Position numbers and translations under genes: made by a program
NCBI GenBank assembly: GCA_963664815.2
Contig: CAXXHB010000002.1
Location: forward strand, 320,001-384,000
Length of the DNA stretch: 64,000 nucleotides
Reading direction: 5' to 3'
Source of the DNA: Spirochaetota bacterium
Lineage (GTDB): Bacteria; Spirochaetota; UBA4802; UBA5550
Shown here: in pieces, positions 1 through 11,557 of the stretch
Position numbering within the stretch: the first letter of the stretch is position 1
How the letters are laid out: each line of letters opens with the position of its first letter
Notes under the pieces: generated by a model
What the model saw: the letters and a program-made list of their open reading frames with translations, nothing else
Database searches by the model: none
Told to the model about the DNA's origin: nothing

Positions 1-170
1 CTGTTCAGAAATCCGTTATGGCTGATACCAAAAATATACTCCATCGCATTCGGTATAATCAAACCGACGATCTGCTGTACCAGAAAAACCGCCCCGTTTA
101 CAATCATGAGCCATTTGACACCGGGAGTTACCGGCCCTCCAAATCTTATGCTGACATTTTTCTGATACAT
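1..170 (-). CDS. Probable rhomboid-family intramembrane serine protease, N-terminal part (runs off the left edge)
   Basis: Not in the ORF track. Manual translation from ATG at 170: MYQKNVSIRFGGPVTPGVKWLMIVNGAVFLVQQIVG..., resembling the 'TP.VK.LII.N..VFL.Q' rhomboid N-terminus. Its ATG overlaps the upstream TGA (TGATG). Catalytic motifs lie outside the window. Confidence 0.65.
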   Translation of the reverse strand, partial: MYQKNVSIRFGGPVTPGVKWLMIVNGAVFLVQQIVGLIIPNAMEYIFGISHNGFLN

Positions 171-1798
171 CAGGATTCACCGCCATCTTGTTCTTTTGAA
201 AATTCTATTCTTATTTTATTAAATTTCTCGGCATTTTTTATAAAAAGATTGAAGAGCTCCGGATCATATTTTCCCTCTTCACTTTTCATGATGTCAATTG
301 CATCATCATGCGTATAAGCTTCTTTGTATGGCCTTTTAGATGTGAGAGCATCATAAACATCCGCAATAGAAACAACCCTCGCGCTTAATGGAATATTTTC
401 ACCCTTTAATCCGTAAGGATACCCGTCGCCGTCCCATCTTTCATGGTGATAAAGAATAATATCCATTGCCATGTTAAGAAAAAAATCCGATCCTAAATCA
501 CCTGAAGCTCTTTTTAATGCCTCATACCCTATAACCGGATGCCTCTTCATTATATTAAATTCCTCTTCAGTCAGAAACCCTTTTTTAAGAAGAATATAAT
601 CAGGTATACCTACTTTTCCAATATCATGCAGAACCGATGAATCATACAAATCCCTGAGAAGTCTCTGATTTATCTCCGGGTGATCATCATCTATTCTGTA
701 AAGCTGCATAAGAAGAACCGAATAATTACGTATTCTTTCAAGATGGTCCCCTGTTTCGGAATCCCTTGCATCTGCAAGACTGCTTAAGGCAAAGATGGTC
801 GCCCTCTGTGTTTTTAACACCTCTTCAGTTCTCTGGGAAACCATTTTTTCAAGATTCCTGGAATGGTTTTCAATCTCTTTCAGCAGTTCCGCCCGCTGAA
901 CACTCAAAGCAATCTGGCCAACTATTGACCTGACAAATGTAATATGATGATTTTTAAAAAAAGACTTATAACTTGAAAGAAAGAAAATTATCCCCCTGAT
1001 TTCATTTTTCAGTACAAGAGAAACAGCCAGAGCTGAATTAATCCCGTTCCTGTTGATTTCATTAAAAACCTCATGCATTTTGTTGCTCTTCAGAAACATG
1101 CCCAGGTCTTCTATATTGAGAAGATCTATCTCCCCCTCCAGCAGTTGTTTTATTGAAAATTCTGAAATAAAAAACCTGTCCCCTTTTCTTAAAAACGTAT
1201 AAAAATGACTCTGATTGAAAACCATGTTTTCAATGTTAAGAAAGGTTTTCGTTTCATTAAGCAGAGTCAGAATCATTCCGTCAAAAGGGATCACTTTTTT
1301 AAGTGAAACATGAAGCTTGCTGAAAATCTCCTCTGTACTTTTACCGCTGTTCAACATGGAAATTATTTCATTGATCTTTTCCAGTTCGGCAAGGTGCCTC
1401 TCTTTTTCTTCTTTTAACTTTTTACTTTCAACAGCCCTTTTTATTGAAAACTCAAGTATTTCAAAATCATCAATAGGCTTATATAAAAAATCATATGCCC
1501 CTGATTTCAGGGCTGCTATAATATCATCATTTGTCCCCTGCCCTGTAAGTACAATTTTCGGAATGTCTGGATACTCCCTGAACATCTCCTTCAGAAGCTC
1601 AACTCCGCCAAGCCTGGGCATCTGAAGATCAGTTAAAACAAGATCATATGAAAATGATCCCAGCATATCAAGAGCGCCACGCCCATCCTCGGCAGTATCA
1701 ACATAATATCCGAGGCTTGATATATATTTCTTAAGAATTTTTCTTACAAGTATATCATCGTCAACCACAAGAATTGACTGTCCGTTATTCTTCAGCAT
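170..1798 (-). CDS. Response regulator REC-GAF-HD-GYP, putative c-di-GMP phosphodiesterase
   Basis: REC domain (ILVVDDD...DLQMP...KP), central GAF-like segment, C-terminal ETGDHLER, HDIGK, HHERWDGDGYP and IADVYDAL motifs. Confidence 0.92.
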   Translation of the reverse strand: MLKNNGQSILVVDDDILVRKILKKYISSLGYYVDTAEDGRGALDMLGSFSYDLVLTDLQMPRLGGVELLKEMFREYPDIPKIVLTGQGTNDDIIAALKSGAYDFLYKPIDDFEILEFSIKRAVESKKLKEEKERHLAELEKINEIISMLNSGKSTEEIFSKLHVSLKKVIPFDGMILTLLNETKTFLNIENMVFNQSHFYTFLRKGDRFFISEFSIKQLLEGEIDLLNIEDLGMFLKSNKMHEVFNEINRNGINSALAVSLVLKNEIRGIIFFLSSYKSFFKNHHITFVRSIVGQIALSVQRAELLKEIENHSRNLEKMVSQRTEEVLKTQRATIFALSSLADARDSETGDHLERIRNYSVLLMQLYRIDDDHPEINQRLLRDLYDSSVLHDIGKVGIPDYILLKKGFLTEEEFNIMKRHPVIGYEALKRASGDLGSDFFLNMAMDIILYHHERWDGDGYPYGLKGENIPLSARVVSIADVYDALTSKRPYKEAYTHDDAIDIMKSEEGKYDPELFNLFIKNAEKFNKIRIEFSKEQDGGES

Positions 1799-2174
1799 CT
1801 TAAACCATTCATAATTATTTAATTATTAGAAATTTTCATTTACCGGGATCAGTCAAGAATTTTTAATTCATCAGTCAAATTAAATACTTTCGAATTAATT
1901 ACTTTTAAAACAGTTTAAATCAAATTTTCCGGCTGTATAATTGCTATCCTGCCACGTCTTAACCGACTCAGATACATCAGTGCCGCCGGTTTAAAGCCGG
2001 ACAATAAAATCTCCACCCGTACATGACAATAATCTTTTTATATCCGGTATCTCAAACAGGCCCTGCAGACTGTAAAAATGTTGTTTTTATTATATCCCAT
2101 TATTTTTAATTGCCCTTATAATATATTAATTTAATTAATGCCCAATAAACGCGACTTCTGACAGGACAAAATCA

Positions 2175-4067
2175 ATGTATTCTCAATATGACATAATAAT
2201 TATCGGGGCAGGACATGCAGGGTGTGAAGCTGCCCTGGCTTCAGCAAGAATGGGATTTAAAACACTTATACTAACCGGTAATCTGGATACAATTGCGCAG
2301 ATGAGCTGTAATCCGGCTATTGGCGGTCTGGCCAAAGGTCATCTTGTACGCGAAATAGATGCTCTTGGCGGAGAGATGGCCAATATAATAGACAGGACCG
2401 GCATTCACTTTAAAATGCTGAACAAAAGCCGCGGACCCGCTGTCTGGGCGCCGAGAGCACAGGCAGATAAAAAGAAATACCAGTTCCTTATGAAGCACAC
2501 TCTTGAGAAACAGCCCAGCCTCAGCATCATCCAGGATATTGCCGAAGAGCTTCTGATCGAAAATAATTCAATAACCGGCGTCAGAACAAAACGCAATATT
2601 GAGCATTACACAAGTGTTGTTATAATGTGTACCGGCACATTCTTAAAGGGTTTAATACATATCGGAGAACACCAGGAAAAAGCAGGAAGACTCGCCGATT
2701 TTTCATCTGAAGGCCTTTCAGGTTCACTTATAAAAGCGGGACTTAATGTTCAGCGTCTGAAGACAGGTACACCTCCGAGGATTAATTGTGATACAATAGA
2801 CTTTTCAAAGTGTGAAGCCCAGTATCCCGATGAAATCCCGTCGCCATTCTCTTATTCAACGACATCAATCAATACAACTCAGATACCATGCTGGATCACC
2901 TATACAACGGACAGAACACATCAGATAATAAGGGACAATATACATCGTTCGCCTCTTTACGGAGGTAAGATCAAGGGTATAGGGCCCAGATACTGCCCTT
3001 CAATCGAAGATAAGGTTGTCCGCTTTTCAGATAAACTGCGGCACCAGCTTTTTCTGGAACCGGAAGGACTGGATACCAACGAATACTATATCAACGGATT
3101 TTCCAGTTCTCTCCCGGAAGAGGTTCAGCTTGAATTTATTAAAACAATCCCGGGACTGGAAAATGTTCATGTTATGAGGCCCGCTTATGCTGTTGAATAC
3201 GATTTCGTCACTACCGATGAAATATGTCCGACACTTGAAACAAAAAAAATATCCGGCCTTTTTCATGCCGGCCAGATAAACGGAACATCCGGCTATGAAG
3301 AGGCCGCCGTACAGGGACTTGTCGCTGCGGTAAATGCCGGCAGAAAACTGAAAAAGCAGACTCCGCTTATACTTTCCAGGTCCGAATCATATGCGGGAGT
3401 CCTGATTGACGACCTGATAACCAAGACTATAACTGAACCCTACAGAATGTTTACATCAAGGGCTGAACACAGGCTTTTACTGAGGCAGGATAACGCCGAT
3501 AAACGGCTTATGAAATATGGATTTGAAAATGATCTGATAAGCAAAGACCGCCTTAAAGAGATGAATGATAAGTATGATGAAATAAATTCACATATTAACA
3601 GAATAAAAAATACTGTTGTTGTCGTTGATGAAAAAACTATTGAGATACTTAAAAAAGCCGATCCATCTGTCATCCTGAAAGGTAAAACCCGGGTAGAGAC
3701 CCTTCTGAAACGCCCCGGGATTACAATGGCCGAGATAAGCGAAATTCTCGGCGAACCCTATTCCCCGGAAATCTCCCCAATTATTGAGATGGAGATTAAA
3801 TACGAAGGATATATAGCGCGAGACGCGGAAAAAATAAGAAAGATGGAAAAGATGGAATCCAGATTTCTTCCTGACCATATTGACTACAAATCAATTCCGG
3901 GGCTCAAGAATGAAGCGAGAGAAAAGCTCGTCAAAATCAGACCTGCAACAATAGGACAGGCATCAAGGATTTCAGGTGTTGATCCGTCCGATATATCAAT
4001 ATTGCTGGTTTATCTCGAAGCCTCTTCACAAAAAACTGCAGAGGTTCCACGTGGAACAATTGAATAA
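2175..4067 (+). CDS. mnmG: tRNA uridine-5-carboxymethylaminomethyl(34) synthesis enzyme MnmG/GidA
   Basis: [64 protein letters not shown]. Confidence 0.98.
   Translation: MYSQYDIIIIGAGHAGCEAALASARMGFKTLILTGNLDTIAQMSCNPAIGGLAKGHLVREIDALGGEMANIIDRTGIHFKMLNKSRGPAVWAPRAQADKKKYQFLMKHTLEKQPSLSIIQDIAEELLIENNSITGVRTKRNIEHYTSVVIMCTGTFLKGLIHIGEHQEKAGRLADFSSEGLSGSLIKAGLNVQRLKTGTPPRINCDTIDFSKCEAQYPDEIPSPFSYSTTSINTTQIPCWITYTTDRTHQIIRDNIHRSPLYGGKIKGIGPRYCPSIEDKVVRFSDKLRHQLFLEPEGLDTNEYYINGFSSSLPEEVQLEFIKTIPGLENVHVMRPAYAVEYDFVTTDEICPTLETKKISGLFHAGQINGTSGYEEAAVQGLVAAVNAGRKLKKQTPLILSRSESYAGVLIDDLITKTITEPYRMFTSRAEHRLLLRQDNADKRLMKYGFENDLISKDRLKEMNDKYDEINSHINRIKNTVVVVDEKTIEILKKADPSVILKGKTRVETLLKRPGITMAEISEILGEPYSPEISPIIEMEIKYEGYIARDAEKIRKMEKMESRFLPDHIDYKSIPGLKNEAREKLVKIRPATIGQASRISGVDPSDISILLVYLEASSQKTAEVPRGTIE
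4043..4058. promoter_or_regulatory. parS site 1 (ParB-binding palindrome)
   Basis: GGTTCCACGTGGAACA, with perfect 14-bp palindrome GTTCCACGTGGAAC. Fits the widespread parS consensus TGTTNCACGTG[A/G]AACA. Confidence 0.85.
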
Positions 4068-4764
4068 TATCTCACTCCGGACCGGATTATGTGATCAGTT
4101 TAAATTATCCGTATTAGCAGAATATGCCGTAGCAATACATAAAGAAAATAATAAACACAATCTCACAGGACATAAGACCCTGCCGGAAATAATTGAGAAT
4201 CTTATTATCGGCAGCATCGAGCCTTTAAAAAATATCGAGGTTCCACGTGGAACATTATTTGCCGATATAGGCACAGGTGCCGGCATCCCGGGTATACCGC
4301 TTTCTGTTTATTTCAATGATTGTCGCGGAATTCTTTTTGATTCAAACCAGAAGAAGATCCGCTTTGTTAACAAAACTATCTCTGACTTTGGCTTAGTCAA
4401 TGTTAACGGCATCGATTCCCGTGTTGAAGACGCATGCAGGTGTGATGAATACAGGGAAAAATTTGATATTGTTTTCACAAGAGCGATGTCCGATATATAT
4501 ACGGTTGCTGAATTAAGCGCTCCCCTTCTTAAAACAGGGGGGGTTGTTTTTCTTTATATAAAAAAAGACCAGATTCTCCTAAATGATTATCTGCTTGAAC
4601 ATCTTTCTGAATTAGGTATAAGCACTCAGATTGATTCTTTAAATTGTAAAATAAAAATAAACGGGCCGTATGAAGGCCTCTTTCTTGTGAAGGAGAAGGA
4701 AACAGAAAAAAGATACCCCAGAAGAATGGCTGTTATTAAACGGATGTCCTCCCGATCTCTCTGA
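4051..4764 (+). CDS. rsmG: 16S rRNA m7G527 methyltransferase RsmG/GidB
   Basis: [20 protein letters not shown]...TRA and C-terminal YPRR motifs; directly after mnmG. Start re-called to GTG at 4051 (GAGG at 4041-4044) instead of 3976. Confidence 0.93.
   Translation: MEQLNNISLRTGLCDQFKLSVLAEYAVAIHKENNKHNLTGHKTLPEIIENLIIGSIEPLKNIEVPRGTLFADIGTGAGIPGIPLSVYFNDCRGILFDSNQKKIRFVNKTISDFGLVNVNGIDSRVEDACRCDEYREKFDIVFTRAMSDIYTVAELSAPLLKTGGVVFLYIKKDQILLNDYLLEHLSELGISTQIDSLNCKIKINGPYEGLFLVKEKETEKRYPRRMAVIKRMSSRSL
4239..4254. promoter_or_regulatory. parS site 2
   Basis: Identical GGTTCCACGTGGAACA, 196 bp after site 1, inside rsmG. Confidence 0.85.
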
Positions 4765-4906
4765 AAAATTTAAAATTCCCCGCCATTTCTTCACGATAAT
4801 TTCCCTTCTTACCAATGATTTGTATTATGTCATATCCCATTAAAAATTTTCATTGATTAATCATGGTATATTTATATTATAAATTTTCCGTAAACAGGAG
4901 TCTATA

Positions 4907-6421
4907 ATGAAAATAAAGGCATTGATTGCTTCATCTTTAATCCTGATTATATCTTCTCTTAATGCAGCTGAAGATACAGATAAAAAATTTATTCTCGGCT
5001 CAATGTCATTTACTGTGCCCGGATTAAAATTCGGATCTTTAATTAATAACCCCATGTTTGCTTTAAATATTTCAAATAAAAAGGTTAACGATTCAGATAT
5101 AAAAAAACAGATCGATTCCATAGAAAGAATTTTAAAAGAAACTTCAGACCCTGTTCTTTTTTATAAGCTTGGCAACTTTTATAAAGATATTACGAATTAT
5201 AATAAAGCTATCGAATATTATAACAGATTTCTCAGGCTGAATCAGCCATTATACAATATTGACAGTAATGCATTAAAAAATGGAATTATCGGCGAGATAT
5301 ACTACTCTCTTTCAGAGATTGATTCATATAATAACAAGAATTATAATCTTGAAAAAGCGCTCGTCTACCTCACAAAAGCGGCCGAATTAAATCCTGATAA
5401 TTCAAGTATTTTATTAATGCTTGGAGACTGCTGTCTGTCTCTCGGGAAAACAACAGAGGCGTTATATTGCTACAATAAAGTTTTGGAAAAAAATGATGAT
5501 ATCCTTATTTATGCAAGACTCCAGGCCGCTTCTTTTCAGGGTGATTACTTAAAACTCCTTGCCAGTCAAAGTGAAGATGAAGTTAAGAACCAGCCGATCA
5601 CACGGAATTTTAACTTTGATTATCTGGAAACCGCCATTAATAATTCATCGTCTGATTTAAAAATATCCTTTAAAATACAGCACTACGTATATCTGATCCG
5701 TTTGATGCTTGTTAAGTACGATTTTTCATCAATAAAAAATCAGCCGGATTCACCCGGTTTTAACAGACTGTTTTCTGAAGAAGAAAAACTTATATTATCT
5801 GAAGCAGAAAATGCTTTTAATAACCCGGACATTAAAAATATCAACCATTCATACTTAAAATATTTAACAGGAATTAATTATTACTTAAAATCTGATTTTG
5901 ATAAAGCTTTTTCAGTTTTCAATGAAATCCACGGTGATGAAATTATATCCAAATCCGTTTATAATGACATTCTGTTTATTGGACTTAATTTTTTAAAAGA
6001 TAAACATGAATTAATAAAGTTCATTGAAAGTAAAATAAAAACCGAACCTGACCCTGAAAGCTATTTAATTCTTGCAGGTATAGAGTTTGAAAATAAAAGC
6101 TTTTTAAAAAGTGAAATGCTCTGCAAACAATCTTTAAAAGTCAGCAGAAACAATCCTGAAGCTTACTCGGCGCTTTCAGTTATTTATGCAATCAATGAAA
6201 ACTATTCAGCCGCAGATGAAATGATCAGGACAGCTGATAATCTTATTAAAGGTGATCCCATGAATAATAAAAAGCTTTTTACACATATTAAACTAAACGA
6301 AGCTGCCATTGCACTTCTTAAAAATGAAAAAGAGAGAGCCTATATACTCCTTCGATCGGTATTAGCTGCCGATAATGATGAAAAGGCTTATCAATTATAT
6401 AACAGGTATTTCAAAAAATGA
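4907..6421 (+). CDS. Exported tetratricopeptide-repeat protein
   Basis: Signal-peptide-like N-terminus (…SLNA-AE); TPR-like helices such as YKLGNFY...KAIEYY and [19 protein letters not shown]. Confidence 0.75.
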   Translation: MKIKALIASSLILIISSLNAAEDTDKKFILGSMSFTVPGLKFGSLINNPMFALNISNKKVNDSDIKKQIDSIERILKETSDPVLFYKLGNFYKDITNYNKAIEYYNRFLRLNQPLYNIDSNALKNGIIGEIYYSLSEIDSYNNKNYNLEKALVYLTKAAELNPDNSSILLMLGDCCLSLGKTTEALYCYNKVLEKNDDILIYARLQAASFQGDYLKLLASQSEDEVKNQPITRNFNFDYLETAINNSSSDLKISFKIQHYVYLIRLMLVKYDFSSIKNQPDSPGFNRLFSEEEKLILSEAENAFNNPDIKNINHSYLKYLTGINYYLKSDFDKAFSVFNEIHGDEIISKSVYNDILFIGLNFLKDKHELIKFIESKIKTEPDPESYLILAGIEFENKSFLKSEMLCKQSLKVSRNNPEAYSALSVIYAINENYSAADEMIRTADNLIKGDPMNNKKLFTHIKLNEAAIALLKNEKERAYILLRSVLAADNDEKAYQLYNRYFKK

Positions 6422-6813
6422 ATAACTATAAAATTGATTTCAATAAAAACGATGGAATTGTTCCTGCAGTCATACAGGATTTCAAAAGCGGCGATGTTCT
6501 TATGCTTGCATATATGAACGAGGAAGCCTTTAATCTTACACAGTCAACCGGTTTTACCCACTTCTGGAGCAGATCAAAAAACAGAATCTGGAAAAAAGGT
6601 GAAGAATCCGGCCACCTTCAGGAAGTAAAAGAAATATATCTTGACTGTGACAGCGATACATTATTAATAAAGGTCAACCAGATCGGAGAGGCTGCATGCC
6701 ATGAGGGATACAGGAGCTGTTTCTTCAGAAGAATAGAGGGTAAAGCCGTTTTTATTGATACAACACCGGTTTTTAATCCTTCAGAAATTTATAAAGATAA
6801 AGCCAAAAAATAA
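6418..6813 (+). CDS. hisI: Phosphoribosyl-AMP cyclohydrolase
   Basis: [12 protein letters not shown]...[25 protein letters not shown]. Confidence 0.96.
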   Translation: MNNYKIDFNKNDGIVPAVIQDFKSGDVLMLAYMNEEAFNLTQSTGFTHFWSRSKNRIWKKGEESGHLQEVKEIYLDCDSDTLLIKVNQIGEAACHEGYRSCFFRRIEGKAVFIDTTPVFNPSEIYKDKAKK

Positions 6814-6814
6814 A

Positions 6815-8968
6815 ATGAATAACTCAGTAACCAATGATGCAGTTACAGCTCTTCCCCGCGGAGGATATCTCGTAGATACTCCCGCCGGTTATGTCCAATT
6901 CGGTTCTCCTCCGGAAACAATTAAAGACACAATGAAATTACCGGGCGGAGTCCCTGAAATATTTGTACTCCCGGAGAAAATGTTTAACTGGATTAAAGGT
7001 ATAAGCATTGCCGAAATTGAATTCCCCCTTTACTGGAATTTCTTTATCCGGAAAAAAAAGACCCTTATAATCTGCAGAGAAGAACAGTTTTACAAAATGA
7101 AAAAGGTTCTTGAGGAATCTGTCTTCGGCCCTGAATTCTTTAACATCAGCAATGATTATTCTCCTGATATCAACAGCAAACTTATTCCTGACATTAATTC
7201 TGAAATGGTGTATTTCAGAAACAATAATAAACTTTCAAATATGGTTCAGTTCGGCATCTTTAAAAATAACAGCTTCTCTTATAAAGGCATACTGATCAAT
7301 ATTGAAGCAGACGGAGACTACAGGATTTATTACAATAATGATTCACTGGCAAAGATTCCCGGCAATATAGAATATAAAACCACTTATCGTATAGGAGAAA
7401 GGCTGTCTGAACCTTACCTGCCGCCACTCTTTGGTGTAACCTGTCTTGGTCCCAGCCACGGATTTGATCCTGAGGAAAATACCTCCGGTTTCATTATCTG
7501 GCTTAATCACCAGGGGATTATGGTGGATCCCCCTGTAAACTCCACCGAGTGGCTTGAAGATTCAAATGTAAGCCCAAAATTCATAGACAGTATTATTCTC
7601 ACCCACTGTCATGCAGATCATGATGCAGGCACATTTCAGAAAATACTGGAAGAGGGAAAAGTAACTGTTTATACAACAGAAACCGTCATGGAGAGTTTTC
7701 TGCAGAAATATTCATCTCTCAGTGATGTCAGCACAGACTATCTCAGAAGTTTATTCGATTTCTATCCTGTCACAATTGGAAATCCTCTTTATATTAACGG
7801 CGGAAAATTTGAAATGTTCTATACACTTCATTCCATTCCGACAATCGGTTTCCGGATGAAGTTTCAGAATCAGTCGTTTTTTTACTCCTCCGACCACAAT
7901 AATGACCCTGAACTTCATAAAAAACTTCTTGAAGAAAATATAATAAGCAGAACGCGCTATGATGAGTTAACAAATTTCCCATGGGATTCAAATGTAATTT
8001 ATCATGAATCGGGCGTACCACCTCTTCACACACCGATCAGCTATATGAATTCTCTTCCCGTCGATATACAAAAAAGAATAGTAATTTACCATATTGCAAA
8101 AATGGATTTTCCGGAAAAAACTTCGCTCACTCTTGCAAAATTCGGAATGGAAAATACTCTCTACTTTGAAACTGAACCGCCAATGTTTGAGGATGCATAC
8201 CAGATTTTAAGCGTATTTAAACGCCTTGATTTTATGAGCGACCTCCCTGTCTGGAAGGCCCAGGAACTGCTCGATATAGTTGTGATAAAAAAATTCGCAA
8301 AAGGGGATAAAATAATAGAGAAGGGTGCTGTTGGCGGTGAGTTCTTCATCATCTATTCAGGAAATATCTCCGTTAAAAATGAAGGACTTGAAAATGACAA
8401 AATATACGGACCATACGATTACTTCGGGGAAGTTGCGCTTATTACCGGTCAGAAAAGGGCTGCAGATATATACGCTGAAACTGATGTTGTACTTTTTATG
8501 ATAGAGAAAGACAAATTTCTGAATTTTATTGTAGGCACCGAATTCGAAAAAATCCTTAAGAAGGTAGCTCTTACCAGAAGTTCTGAATCGTGGAATCTTC
8601 TTTCAACAAATAATTTTTTTAAACAATTTACCCCTGCACAAAAAACCTGGATGGAGTCAATATTTGAACCGAGAATTATTGAGAACCCGGAAACTTTGAT
8701 AAAAGAAGGCGAACTTCTTCATACTCTATACCTTATAAGAGATGGAGAAATCGAGGCTTCAAAAAACGGCAGCAAAATCGCTACACTGAAAAAAGGTGAT
8801 TTTGTAGGATCCCTTGAAAGACTGCATAAAAATCTCCCGGCAGTTTACACTTTTAAAAATCTTAAACCTGTTTCAGTTTATGCTATGAACGGGAATGATT
8901 TAAAATTTTTCATTGATAAAAATCCGGGGTTACTGGTTAAATTTACTTACGAAATAACGGAAAAATGA
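6815..8968 (+). CDS. Metallo-beta-lactamase-fold hydrolase with two C-terminal cyclic-nucleotide-binding domains (putative cyclic nucleotide phosphodiesterase)
   Basis: THCHADHDAG MBL motif and HSIPT; cNMP motifs FGEVAL...RAA and GDFVG. Start re-called to ATG at 6815. Confidence 0.85.
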   Translation: MNNSVTNDAVTALPRGGYLVDTPAGYVQFGSPPETIKDTMKLPGGVPEIFVLPEKMFNWIKGISIAEIEFPLYWNFFIRKKKTLIICREEQFYKMKKVLEESVFGPEFFNISNDYSPDINSKLIPDINSEMVYFRNNNKLSNMVQFGIFKNNSFSYKGILINIEADGDYRIYYNNDSLAKIPGNIEYKTTYRIGERLSEPYLPPLFGVTCLGPSHGFDPEENTSGFIIWLNHQGIMVDPPVNSTEWLEDSNVSPKFIDSIILTHCHADHDAGTFQKILEEGKVTVYTTETVMESFLQKYSSLSDVSTDYLRSLFDFYPVTIGNPLYINGGKFEMFYTLHSIPTIGFRMKFQNQSFFYSSDHNNDPELHKKLLEENIISRTRYDELTNFPWDSNVIYHESGVPPLHTPISYMNSLPVDIQKRIVIYHIAKMDFPEKTSLTLAKFGMENTLYFETEPPMFEDAYQILSVFKRLDFMSDLPVWKAQELLDIVVIKKFAKGDKIIEKGAVGGEFFIIYSGNISVKNEGLENDKIYGPYDYFGEVALITGQKRAADIYAETDVVLFMIEKDKFLNFIVGTEFEKILKKVALTRSSESWNLLSTNNFFKQFTPAQKTWMESIFEPRIIENPETLIKEGELLHTLYLIRDGEIEASKNGSKIATLKKGDFVGSLERLHKNLPAVYTFKNLKPVSVYAMNGNDLKFFIDKNPGLLVKFTYEITEK

Positions 8969-9826
8969 ATGTTTCAGAATGTATCTATAAACTTCAGACC
9001 TGATGATCACAAATCTATTGAACTCATACAAAACATAGCAGAAATACTTACAGAAAAAAAAATTAAAACACAGCTTCCCGATTATGAGATTCTCCGTAAA
9101 CATCCCTTAAATGAATTTATCAGCAAAGAATATGATTACCTTAAAACCCCCGATCTTGTTGTAGCCATCGGTGGTGACGGGACCTTTCTGAAAACAGCCA
9201 GGATGTTTCTGTCGAACGGGTCCCCCATCTTCGGTATAAACAGGGGTAAACTCGGGTTTCTTACTGAATTCAATCCGGATGAATTTGAGAAGCATTTTCT
9301 CCGGATTCTGGATGGTGATTTTATTACAGCTGAACGTAATGTTATGGAAGCCATACATAATAAAAACAATTCCAGTCATTCTCTCTATTTTTTTAATGAT
9401 GCGGTTATTTCAAAAGGGGCATTCTCAAGGGCTATACAGATTGAACTTCATGTAAATGACCTGTTTCTTAACCGATACTCCGGTGATGGACTTATTATCG
9501 CAACAGCAACCGGATCAACAGCCTATTCACTTTCCGCGGGAGGACCGATAATTGTACCGGATTCAAATGATGTCTTTATTGTAAACCCTGTATCTCCGCA
9601 CTCTCTTTCTATAAGACCCATTGTACTCCCGGCGGCATCAACGCTTAAAGCCAGAACTCTTACCGATATGACAAATTTATTATTGACAATTGATGGTCAG
9701 GAAGCTATCGAATTTTCTGCAGGGGATGAATTAATCTTCCGTAAAACAGATAAGAAAATGAAGCTGATTCTTCATCCCGACAAAAACTACTTCTCAATCC
9801 TCAGGGAAAAACTGAATTGGGGCTGA
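8969..9826 (+). CDS. nadK: NAD(+) kinase
   Basis: GGDGTFL, GKLGFL, FND, DGLIIATATGSTAYSLSAGGP, TIDGQ. Confidence 0.96.
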   Translation: MFQNVSINFRPDDHKSIELIQNIAEILTEKKIKTQLPDYEILRKHPLNEFISKEYDYLKTPDLVVAIGGDGTFLKTARMFLSNGSPIFGINRGKLGFLTEFNPDEFEKHFLRILDGDFITAERNVMEAIHNKNNSSHSLYFFNDAVISKGAFSRAIQIELHVNDLFLNRYSGDGLIIATATGSTAYSLSAGGPIIVPDSNDVFIVNPVSPHSLSIRPIVLPAASTLKARTLTDMTNLLLTIDGQEAIEFSAGDELIFRKTDKKMKLILHPDKNYFSILREKLNWG

Positions 9827-9850
9827 TTTCATCTTCAAAGGATACCTTGT

Positions 9851-11557
9851 ATGCTTCAAGATCTTAGAATAAAAAATTTTGTAATAATCGATTCCCTTAC
9901 AGTAACATTCAAAGAGGGATTAAATATACTCAGCGGAGAGACCGGGGCGGGAAAATCAATTCTTATCGATGCGCTTTCAGGAGTACTTGGCGAAAAAATG
10001 AGTATCGATATGATACGAACAGGTTTTGACAGGGCATCTCTCGAAGCTGTATTTGACATTTCAAATCTCAATGATCTCAAAGCGCTCCTTGAAGAATCCG
10101 GAATTGAAAACGAGGATGATACCCTTATCATTCACAGGGAGTTGTTCTCCAACGGAAAGGGACGCTGCTATGCAAACTCTGTTCAGATACCTGTAGCCAA
10201 GCTAAAAGAGATTTCTGAATATCTCATTGATATACATGGACAAAACGAGCATCAGAACATTGTCAATGTTTCAAAACACCGTGAACTTCTTGACAGCTTC
10301 GGATCTCTTTACAACGAAGTAAACGCTGTTAAAACGATACATGAAAAGCTTACAGCGATACGAAATAAAATAAACTCCTTTCAGATAGATGAAAAAGAGA
10401 AAGCAAGAAGGATTGAATTCAATACCTTCTCCGTTAAGGAGATTGAATCTTCAAACCTGAGAATCGGAGAAGATGAAGAACTTAAATCCGAATCAAATCT
10501 TCTTTCAAATGCCGAAAAACTCTTTACAGAGGTAAACAGCGCTGCAGACCTTATTTCAGGGGAAAACGGAGTTCTCAGAAACCTTAAAAAAACTGAATCA
10601 GGATTATCCAGAATTTCAGATATAGATCCCAACATTTCACCTGTGCTGGATGCTATCAGGGAAGCTCTCTACTCTCTGGAAGATTCCACATCCATATTAA
10701 GAGACTATAAACAGAATATAGACTTTTCACCTGAAAGAGTAAACCAGGTAGAGGAGAGATTAAATCTTATACACTCGCTGAAGAAAAAGTATGGAGACAG
10801 TATTCAGGAAATACTTCAATATGCTGAAAAAGCAAAGAGTGAACTTGATACAATTAATTCAAGTGATGAGCAGCTTGAACAGTTAAAGGATCATGAAAAG
10901 AAAGCTGTAAAAGAAGCAAAAAATTTCGCTCTTGATCTCTCTGAAAAAAGAAAGGTTGCCGCAAAAAAACTCGAAGAACTTGTAATTAAAGAACTGAATG
11001 ATCTCGGTATGAATGGAACTGTTTTCAGCATTTCCATTAAACAGGATGTCAGCAACGATGGAGATATTGAGTCAGGGGGCAAAAAATATATTCTTTATCC
11101 TCATGGTCTTGACCGGATAGAATTTCTTCTTTCAGCAAACGAAGGTGAAGATTTAAAACAACTCAGAAAAGTCGCATCAGGTGGGGAGATGTCGCGTATT
11201 ATGCTTGCGCTGAAAAATGTTATACAATCCGCAGATATTGTTGATACTCTTATCTTCGATGAAGTAGATGCAGGGATAAGCGGGAAGACTGCCGAAATTG
11301 TAGGGAAAAAGCTGAAAAATCTTTCAAAAAGAAGGCAGGTTCTTCTTATCACACATCTGCCGCAGATTGCTGCCATGTCCGACAGTCATTACCTTGTACA
11401 AAAGGGTAAAACCGACGGAAGAGTAACAACTGTTGTAAAAATTCTCAACGAAAAGGAAAAGATTCGTGAAGTTGCAAGAATGCTTGCAGGCGCCGAGATA
11501 ACGGATATTTCCATAAAACATGCTGAAGAACTGATCGGGAAGTCCGGTACATACTGA
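9851..11557 (+). CDS. recN: DNA repair protein RecN
   Basis: GETGAGKS Walker A, IHGQ, coiled coil, ASGGEMSR signature, FDEVDAG, ITHLPQIA; follows nadK as is common. Confidence 0.97.
   Translation: MLQDLRIKNFVIIDSLTVTFKEGLNILSGETGAGKSILIDALSGVLGEKMSIDMIRTGFDRASLEAVFDISNLNDLKALLEESGIENEDDTLIIHRELFSNGKGRCYANSVQIPVAKLKEISEYLIDIHGQNEHQNIVNVSKHRELLDSFGSLYNEVNAVKTIHEKLTAIRNKINSFQIDEKEKARRIEFNTFSVKEIESSNLRIGEDEELKSESNLLSNAEKLFTEVNSAADLISGENGVLRNLKKTESGLSRISDIDPNISPVLDAIREALYSLEDSTSILRDYKQNIDFSPERVNQVEERLNLIHSLKKKYGDSIQEILQYAEKAKSELDTINSSDEQLEQLKDHEKKAVKEAKNFALDLSEKRKVAAKKLEELVIKELNDLGMNGTVFSISIKQDVSNDGDIESGGKKYILYPHGLDRIEFLLSANEGEDLKQLRKVASGGEMSRIMLALKNVIQSADIVDTLIFDEVDAGISGKTAEIVGKKLKNLSKRRQVLLITHLPQIAAMSDSHYLVQKGKTDGRVTTVVKILNEKEKIREVARMLAGAEITDISIKHAEELIGKSGTY

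Noticed and set aside
3976-4050. N-terminal extension of RsmG in the ORF track
   Set aside because: It overlaps mnmG by 92 bp; GTG at 4051 with a GAGG RBS is more plausible. Similar over-extensions were trimmed at 6755, 16257, 18880, 19926, 24394, 34404, 53513 and 62697.
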